DNA from: Eledone cirrhosa
Taxonomy: Eukaryota
Assembly (NCBI GenBank): GCA_964016885.1
Contig: OZ024741.1
Coordinates: 243,970,001 to 244,034,000, forward strand
DNA length: 64,000 nucleotides
Reading direction: 5' to 3'
The first letter of the stretch is position 1; each line of letters opens with the position of its first letter. Of the stretch, positions 54,775 through 64,000 are shown in pieces. A program made the translations under genes and the position numbers. The notes beneath the pieces are model-generated. The model saw nothing but the letters and a program-made list of their open reading frames with translations, did no database searches and was not told the origin of the DNA.

Positions 54775-57700
54775 TCACACCACACTCAGCAAATGTGTGT
54801 CTGCACATGTACCAGTAATTACAGATCGATCCGACCACGGACGGCTGGCCCAGGATCGAAAAGGTAACTCCGGCGGCAAATTCGCATTTTTGTGATTCGT
54901 TTCTTCGAAGCACACCATTCGCTGGTGGACTTCAGCTTCCTCATTTAGCATGGGCAGCTTTTCTTGAAAATCACACCACACACAGCAATTGTGTGTCTGC
55001 ACATGTACCAGTACGTACAGATCGATCCGACCACGGGCGGCCGGCCCACATTCGAAAAGGTTACTCCGCCTGCAAATCGTCATTTTCGGATTCGTTTTCT
55101 TCGAAGCACACCATTCGCCGGCGGACTTCAGCTGCCTCATTTAGCATGGGCAGCTTTTCTTGAAAATCACACCACACACAGCAAATGTGTCTCTGCACAT
55201 GTACTAGTAATTACAGATCGATCCGACTACGGGCCACCGGCCCACGATCGAAAAGGTAACTCCGGCGGCAAATTCGCATTTTTGTGATTCATTTCTTCGA
55301 AGCACACCATTCGCTGGTGGACTTCAGCTTCCTCATTTAGCATGGGCAGCTTTTCTTGAAAATCACACCACACACAGCAAATGTGTGTCTGCACAGGTAC
55401 CAGTAATTACAGATCGATCCGACCACGGACGGCTGGCCCACGATCGAAAAGGTAACTCCGCCGGCAAATCCTAATTTTTGTGATTCGTTTCTTCGAAGCA
55501 CACCATTCGCCGCCGGACTTCAGCTTCCTCATTTAGCATGGGCAGCTTTTCTTGAAAATCACACCACACACAGCCAATGAGTGACTGCACATGTACCAGT
55601 AATTACAGATCGATCCGACAACGGGCGGCCTGCCTACGATCGAAAAGGTAACTCCGCCGGCAAATTCGCATTTTTGTGATTCGTTTCTTCGAAGCACACC
55701 ATTCGCCGCCGGACTTCAGCTTCCTCATTTAGCATGGGCAGCTTTTCTTGAAAATCACACCACTCACAGCCAATGAGTCTCTGCACAGGTACCACTAATT
55801 ACAGATCGATACGACCAGGGGCGGCCTGCCCACGATCGAAAAGGTAACTCCGCCGGCAAATCCGCATTTTTGTGATTCGTTTCTTCGAAGCACACCATTC
55901 GCCGCCGGACTTCAGCTTCCTCATTTAGCAGGGGCAGCTTTTCTTAAAAATCACACCACACTCAGCAAATGTGTGTCTGCACATGTACCAGTAATTACAG
56001 ATCGATCCGACCACGGGCGGCCTGCCCACGATCGAAAAGGTAACTCCGCCGGCAAATTCGCATTTTTGTGATTCGTTTCTTCGAAGCACACCATTCGCTG
56101 GTGGACTTCAGCTTCCTCATTTAACATGGGCAGCTTTTCTTGAAAATCACACCACACACAGCAAATGTGTGTCTGCACATGTACCACTAATTACAGATCG
56201 ATACGACCACGGGCTGCCTGCCCACGATCGAAAAGGTAACTCCGCCGGCAAATCCGCATTTTTGTGATTCGTTTCTTCGAAGCACACCATTCGCCGCCGG
56301 ACTTCAGCTTCCTCATTTATCATGGGCAGCTTTTCTTGAAAATCACACCACACACAGCAAATGTGTCTCTGCACATGTACTAGTAATTACAGATCGATCC
56401 GACCACGGGCCACCGGCCCACGATCGAAAAGGTAACTCCGGCGGCAAATTCGCATTTTTGTGATTCATTTCTTCGAAGCACACCATTCGCTGGTGGACTT
56501 CAGCTTCCTCATTTAGCATGGGCAGCTTTTCTTGAAAATCACACCACACACAGGCAATGAGTGCCTGCACAGGTACCAGTAATTACAGATCGATCCGACC
56601 ACGGGCGGCCTGCCCACGATCGAAAAGGTAACTCCGCCGGCAAATCCGCATTTTTGTGATTCGTTTCTTCGAAGCACACCATTCGCTGGTGGACTTCAGC
56701 TTCCTCATTTAACATGGGCAGCTTTTCTTGAAAATCACACCACACTCAGCAAATGTGTGTCTGCACATGTACCAGTAATTACAGATCGATCCGACCACGG
56801 ACGGCTGGCCCAGGATCGAAAAGGTAACTCCGGCGGCAAATTCGCATTTTTGTGATTCGTTTCTTCGAAGCACACCATTCGCTGGTGGACTTCAGCTTCC
56901 TCATTTAGCATGGGCAGCTTTTCTTGAAAATCACACCACACACAGCAATTGTGTGTCTGCACATGTACCAGTACGTACAGATCGATCCGACCACGGGCGG
57001 CCGGCCCACATTCGAAAAGGTTACTCCGCCTGCAAATCGTCATTTTCGGATTCGTTTTCTTCGAAGCACACCATTCGCCGGCGGACTTCAGCTGCCTCAT
57101 TTAGCATGGGCAGCTTTTCTTGAAAATCACACCACACACAGCAAATGTGTCTCTGCACATGTACTAGTAATTACAGATCGATCCGACCACGGGCCACCGG
57201 CCCACGATCGAAAAGGTAACTCCGGCGGCAAATTCGCATTTTTGTGATTCATTTCTTCGAAGCACACCATTCGCTGGTGGACTTCAGCTTCCTCATTTAG
57301 CATGGGCAGCTTTTCTTGAAAATCACACCACACTCAGCAAATGTGTGTCTGCACATGTACCAGTAATTACAGATCGATCCGACCACGGACGGCTGGCCCA
57401 GGATCGAAAAGGTAACTCCGGCGGCAAATTCGCATTTTTGTGATTCGTTTCTTCGAAGCACACCATTCGCTGGTGGACTTCAGCTTCCTCATTTAGCATG
57501 GGCAGCTTTTCTTGAAAATCACACCACACACAGCAATTGTGTGTCTGCACATGTACCAGTACGTACAGATCGATCCGACCACGGGCGGCCGGCCCACATT
57601 CGAAAAGGTTACTCCGCCTGCAAATCGTCATTTTCGGATTCGTTTTCTTCGAAGCACACCATTCGCCGGCGGACTTCAGCTGCCTCATTTAGCATGGGCA

Positions 57701-59674
57701 GCTTTTCTTGAAAATCACACCACACACAGCAAATGTGTCTCTGCACATGTACTAGTAATTACAGATCGATCCGACCACGGGCCACCGGCCCACGATCGAA
57801 AAGGTAACTCCGGCGGCAAATTCGCATTTTTGTGATTCATTTCTTCGAAGCACACCATTCGCTGGTGGACTTCAGCTTCCTCATTTAGCATGGGCAGCTT
57901 TTCTTGAAAATCACACCACACACAGCAAATGTGTGTCTGCACAGGTACCAGTAATTACAGATCGATCCGACCACGGACGGCTGGCCCACGATCGAAAAGG
58001 TAACTCCGCCGGCAAATCCTAATTTTTGTGATTCGTTTCTTCGAAGCACACCATTCGCCGCCGGACTTCAGCTTCCTCATTTAGCAAGGGCAGCTTTTCT
58101 TGAAAATCACACCACACACAGCCAATGAGTGACTGCACATGTACCAGTAATTACAGATCGATCCGACAACGGGCGGCCTGCCTACGATCGAAAAGGTAAC
58201 TCCGCCGGCAAATTCGCATTTTTGTGATTCGTTTCTTCGAAGCACACCATTCGCCGCCGGACTTCAGCTTCCTCATTTAGCATGGGCAGCTTTTCTTGAA
58301 AATCACACCACTCACAGCCAATGAGTCTCTGCACAGGTACCACTAATTACAGATCGATACGACCAGGGGCGGCCTGCCCACGATCGAAAAGGTAACTCCG
58401 CCGGCAAATCCGCATTTTTGTGATTCGTTTCTTCGAAGCACACCATTCGCCGCCGGACTTCAGCTTCCTCATTTAGCAGGGGCAGCTTTTCTTAAAAATC
58501 ACACCACACTCAGCAAATGTGTGTCTGCACATGTACCAGTAATTACAGATCGATCCGACCACGGGCGGCCTGCCCACGATCGAAAAGGTAACTCCGCCGG
58601 CAAATTCGCATTTTTGTGATTCGTTTCTTCGAAGCACACCATTCGCTGGTGGACTTCAGCTTCCTCATTTAACATGGGCAGCTTTTCTTGAAAATCACAC
58701 CACACACAGCAAATGTGTGTCTGCACATGTACCACTAATTACAGATCGATACGACCACGGGCTGCCTGCCCACGATCGAAAAGGTAACTCCGCCGGCAAA
58801 TCCGCATTTTTGTGATTCGTTTCTTCGAAGCACACCATTCGCCGCCGGACTTCAGCTTCCTCATTTAGCATGGGCAGCTTTTCTTGAAAATCACACCACA
58901 CACAGCAAATGTGTCTCTGCACATGTACTAGTAATTACAGATCGATCCGACCACGGGCCACCGGCCCACGATCGAAAAGGTAACTCCGGCGGCAAATTCG
59001 CATTTTTGTGATTCATTTCTTCGAAGCACACCATTCGCTGGTGGACTTCAGCTTCCTCATTTAGCATGGGCAGCTTTTCTTGAAAATCACACCACACACA
59101 GCCAATGAGTGTCTGCACAGGTACCAGTAATTACAGATCGATCCGACCACGGGCGGCCTGCCCACGATCGAAAAGGTAACTCCGCCGGCAAATCCGCATT
59201 TTTGTGATTCGTTTCTTCGAAGCACACCATTCGCTGGTGGACTTCAGCTTCCTCATTTAACATGGGCAGCTTTTCTTGAAAATCACACCACACTCAGCAA
59301 ATGTGTGTCTGCACATGTACCAGTAATTACAGATCGATCCGACCACGGACGGCTGGCCCAGGATCGAAAAGGTAACTCCGGCGGCAAATTCGCATTTTTG
59401 TGATTCGTTTCTTCGAAGCACACCATTCGCTGGTGGACTTCAGCTTCCTCATTTAGCATGGGCAGCTTTTCTTGAAAATCACACCACACACAGCAATTGT
59501 GTGTCTGCACATGTACCAGTACGTACAGATCGATCCGACCACGGGCGGCCGGCCCACATTCGAAAAGGTTACTCCGCCTGCAAATCGTCATTTTCGGATT
59601 CGTTTTCTTCGAAGCACACCATTCGCCGCCGGACTTCAGCTTCCTCATTTAGCATGGGCAGCTTTTCTTGAAAA
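54775..59674 (+). repeat. 10-monomer HOR (D-E-B-F-G-H-I-K-B-C, 1960 bp) expanded to a 13-mer (2548 bp) by an internal D-E-B duplication
   Basis: D monomers are at 54775, 56735, 57323 and 59283 (spacings 1960, 588, 1960). The private variant GGGCTGCCTG is at 56215 and 58763 (2548 apart). Confidence 0.87.
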
Positions 59675-60239
59675 TCACACCACACACAGCAAATGTGTCT
59701 CTGCACATGTACTAGTAATTACAGATCGATCCGACCACGGGCCACCGGCCCACGATCGAAAAGGTAACTCCGGCGGCAAATTCGCATTTTTGTGATTCAT
59801 TTCTTCGAAGCACACCATTCGCTGGTGGACTTCAGCTTCCTCATTTAGCATGGGCAGCTTTTCTTGAAAATCACACCACACACAGCCAATGAGTGTCTGC
59901 ACAGGTACCAGTAATTACAGATCGATCCGACCACGGGCGGCCTGCCCACGATCGAAAAGGTAACTCCGCCGGCAAATCCGCATTTTTGTGATTCGTTTCT
60001 TCGAAGCACACCATTCGCTGGTGGACTTCAGCTTCCTCATTTAACATGGGCAGCTTTTCTTGAAAATCACACCACACTCAGCAAATGTGTGTCTGCACAT
60101 GTACCAGTAATTACAGATCGATCCGACCACGGACGGCTGGCCCAGGATCGAAAAGGTAACTCCGGCGGCAAATTCGCATTTTTGTGATTCGTTTCTTCGA
60201 AGCACACCATTCGCCGCCGGACTTCAGCTTCCTCATTTA

Positions 60240-63200
60240 GCATGGGAAGCTTTTCTTGAAAATCACACCACTCACAGCCAATGAGTCTCTGCACAGGTAC
60301 CACTAATTACAGATCGATACGACCAGGGGCGGCCTGCCCACGATCGAAAAGGTAACTCCGCCGGCAAATCCGCATTTTTGTGATTCGTTTCTTCGAAGCA
60401 CACCATTCGCCGCCGGACTTCAGCTTCCTCATTTAGCAGGGGCAGCTTTTCTTAAAAATCACACCACACTCAGCAAATGTGTGTCTGCACATGTACCAGT
60501 AATTACAGATCGATCCGACCACGGGCGGCCTGCCCACGATCGAAAAGGTAACTCCGCCGGCAAATTCGCATTTTTGTGATTCGTTTCTTCGAAGCACACC
60601 ATTCGCTGGTGGACTTCAGCTTCCTCATTTAACATGGGCAGCTTTTCTTGAAAATCACACCACACACAGCAAATGTGTGTCTGCACATGTACCACTAATT
60701 ACAGATCGATACGACCACGGGCGGCCTGCCCATGATCGAAAAGGTAACTCCGCCGGCAAATCCGCATTTTTGTGATTCGTTTCTTCGAAGCACACCATTC
60801 GCCGCCGGACTTCAGCTTCCTCATTTAGCATGGGCAGCTTTTCTTGAAAATCACACCACACACAGCAAATGTGTCTCTGCACATGTACTAGTAATTACAG
60901 ATCGATCCGACCACGGGCCACCGGCCCACGATCGAAAAGGTAACTCCGGCGGCAAATTCGCATTTTTGTGATTCATTTCTTCGAAGCACACCATTCGCTG
61001 GTGGACTTCAGCTTCCTCATTTAGCATGGGCAGCTTTTCTTGAAAATCACACCACACACAGCCAATGAGTGTCTGCACAGGTACCAGTAATTACAGATCG
61101 ATCCGACCACGGGCGGCCTGCCCACGATCGAAAAGGTAACTCCGCCGGCAAATCCGCATTTTTGTGATTCGTTTCTTCGAAGCACACCATTCGCTGGTGG
61201 ACTTCAGCTTCCTCATTTAACATGGGCAGCTTTTCTTGAAAATCACACCACACTCAGCAAATGTGTGTCTGCACATGTACCAGTAATTACAGATCGATCC
61301 GACCACGGACGGCTGGCCCAGGATCGAAAAGGTAACTCCGGCGGCAAATTCGCATTTTTGTGATTCGTTTCTTCGAAGCACACCATTCGCTGGTGGACTT
61401 CAGCTTCCTCATTTAGCATGGGCAGCTTTTCTTGAAAATCACACCACACACAGCAATTGTGTGTCTGCACATGTACCAGTACGTACAGATCGATCCGACC
61501 ACGGGCGGCCGGCCCACATTCGAAAAGGTTACTCCGCCTGCAAATCGTCATTTTCGGATTCGTTTTCTTCGAAGCACACCATTCGCCGGCGGACTTCAGC
61601 TGCCTCATTTAGCATGGGCAGCTTTTCTTGAAAATCACACCACACACAGCAAATGTGTCTCTGCACATGTACTAGTAATTACAGATCGATCCGACCACGG
61701 GCCACCGGCCCACGATCGAAAAGGTAACTCCGGCGGCAAATTCGCATTTTTGTGATTCATTTCTTCGAAGCACACCATTCGCTGGTGGACTTCAGCTTCC
61801 TCATTTAGCATGGGCAGCTTTTCTTGAAAATCACACCACACACAGCAAATGTGTGTCTGCACAGGTACCAGTAATTACAGATCGATCCGACCACGGACGG
61901 CTGGCCCACGATCGAAAAGGTAACTCCGCCGGCAAATCCTAATTTTTGTGATTCGTTTCTTCGAAGCACACCATTCGCCGCCGGACTTCAGCTTCCTCAT
62001 TTAGCATGGGCAGCTTTTCTTGAAAATCACACCACACACAGCAAATGTGTGTCTGCACATGTACCAGTACGTACAGATCGATCCGACCACGGGCGGCCGG
62101 CCCACATTCGAAAAGGTTACTCCGCGTGCAAATCGTCATTTTCGGATTCGTTTTCTTCGAAGCACACCATTCGCCGCCGGACTTCAGCTTCCTCATTTAG
62201 CATGGGCAGCTTTTCTTGAAAATCACACCACACACAGCAAATGTGTCTCTGCACATGTACTAGTAATTACAGATCGATCCGACCACGGGCCACCGGCCCA
62301 CGATCGAAAAGGTAACTCCGGCGGCAAATTCGCATTTTTGTGATTCATTTCTTCGAAGCACACCATTCGCTGGTGGACTTCAGCTTCCTCATTTAGCATG
62401 GGCAGCTTTTCTTGAAAATCACACCACACACAGCCAATGAGTGTCTGCACAGGTACCAGTAATTACAGATCGATCCGACCACGGGCGGCCTGCCCACGAT
62501 CGAAAAGGTAACTCCGCCGGCAAATCCGCATTTTTGTGATTCGTTTCTTCGAAGCACACCATTCGCCGCCGGACTTCAGCTTCCTCATTTAGCATGGGAA
62601 GCTTTTCTTGAAAATCACACCACTCACAGCCAATGAGTCTCTGCACAGGTACCACTAATTACAGATCGATACGACCAGGGGCGGCCTGCCCACGATCGAA
62701 AAGGTAACTCCGCCGGCAAATCCGCATTTTTGTGATTCGTTTCTTCGAAGCACACCATTCGCCGCCGGACTTCAGCTTCCTCATTTAGCAGGGGCAGCTT
62801 TTCTTAAAAATCACACCACACTCAGCAAATGTGTGTCTGCACATGTACCAGTAATTACAGATCGATCCGACCACGGGCGGCCTGCCCACGATCGAAAAGG
62901 TAACTCCGCCGGCAAATTCGCATTTTTGTGATTCGTTTCTTCGAAGCACACCATTCGCTGGTGGACTTCAGCTTCCTCATTTAACATGGGCAGCTTTTCT
63001 TGAAAATCACACCACACACAGCAAATGTGTGTCTGCACATGTACCACTAATTACAGATCGATACGACCACGGGCGGCCTGCCCATGATCGAAAAGGTAAC
63101 TCCGCCGGCAAATCCGCATTTTTGTGATTCGTTTCTTCGAAGCACACCATTCGCCGCCGGACTTCAGCTTCCTCATTTAGCATGGGCAGCTTTTCTTGAA

Positions 63201-64000
63201 AATCACACCACACACAGCAAATGTGTCTCTGCACATGTACTAGTAATTACAGATCGATCCGACCACGGGCCACCGGCCCACGATCGAAAAGGTAACTCCG
63301 GCGGCAAATTCGCATTTTTGTGATTCATTTCTTCGAAGCACACCATTCGCTGGTGGACTTCAGCTTCCTCATTTAGCATGGGCAGCTTTTCTTGAAAATC
63401 ACACCACACACAGCCAATGAGTGTCTGCACAGGTACCAGTAATTACAGATCGATCCGACCACGGGCGGCCTGCCCACGATCGAAAAGGTAACTCCGCCGG
63501 CAAATCCGCATTTTTGTGATTCGTTTCTTCGAAGCACACCATTCGCTGGTGGACTTCAGCTTCCTCATTTAACATGGGCAGCTTTTCTTGAAAATCACAC
63601 CACACTCAGCAAATGTGTGTCTGCACATGTACCAGTAATTACAGATCGATCCGACCACGGACGGCTGGCCCAGGATCGAAAAGGTAACTCCGGCGGCAAA
63701 TTCGCATTTTTGTGATTCGTTTCTTCGAAGCACACCATTCGCTGGTGGACTTCAGCTTCCTCATTTAGCATGGGCAGCTTTTCTTGAAAATCACACCACA
63801 CACAGCAATTGTGTGTCTGCACATGTACCAGTACGTACAGATCGATCCGACCACGGGCGGCCGGCCCACATTCGAAAAGGTTACTCCGCCTGCAAATCGT
63901 CATTTTCGGATTCGTTTTCTTCGAAGCACACCATTCGCCGGCGGACTTCAGCTGCCTCATTTAGCATGGGCAGCTTTTCTTGAAAATCACACCACACACA
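60240..64000 (+). repeat. 12-monomer-period (2352 bp) duplication, second copy cut by the window end
   Basis: CATGGGAAGC (A at 60247/62599) and CCCATGATCG (T at 60733/63085) are both 2352 apart. Monomer order is identical after each. Confidence 0.88.

Larger units (their letters stand above)
1..64000. repeat. Tandem satellite DNA array, 196-bp monomer, about 326 head-to-tail copies, running off both window ends
   Basis: The motif TCACACCAC...GATCGATCCGACCACGG...GATCGAAAAGGTAACTCCG...CTTCGAAGCACACCATTCG...GGACTTCAGCTTCCTCATTTAGCATGGGCAGCTTTTCTTGAAAA recurs at 89, 285, 481, 677 ... 63595 (=89+324x196+2). ORF-track coordinates step by 196. No inversions or non-repeat insertions were seen. Confidence 0.99.

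Noticed and set aside
89-63960. Hundreds of 60-121 aa ORFs on both strands (e.g. MQRHICCVWCDFQEKLPMLNEEAEV...)
   Set aside because: They are translations of the satellite. The length 196 is not a multiple of 3, ORFs overlap each other, they appear or vanish with single SNPs, and they show no recognisable domain.
1-64000. CRISPR array
   Set aside because: There are no unique spacers, since the entire 196-bp unit is repeated, and no cas genes are present.
1-64000. Transposon insertion, inversion or telomeric repeats within the array
   Set aside because: The 196-bp register and orientation are continuous from start to end, leaving no room for foreign sequence.

Overview
The whole 64 kb window is one uninterrupted, single-orientation satellite DNA array of a 196-bp, CpG-rich monomer (about 326 copies; monomers start at 89, 285, 481, ...). 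I found no unique sequence, gene, transposon or RNA gene, and every ORF in the track is a by-product of the repeat. The informative signal is the order of monomer variants. Recognisable monomer types (my own labels A-O) form higher-order repeats (HORs) whose period changes along the window: a 9-mer (1764 bp) on the left, a 19-mer (3725 bp) at 27-38 kb, an irregular mosaic at 38-47 kb, a 16-mer duplication (3136 bp) at 47-53.6 kb, and 10/12/13-mer units on the right. Monomer length is almost invariant: I see only one -1 and three copies of one +1 indel. The monomer is rich in short palindromes. This organisation resembles a eukaryotic centromeric or pericentromeric satellite, but that function is an inference, and I cannot identify the organism or the satellite family from the sequence alone.
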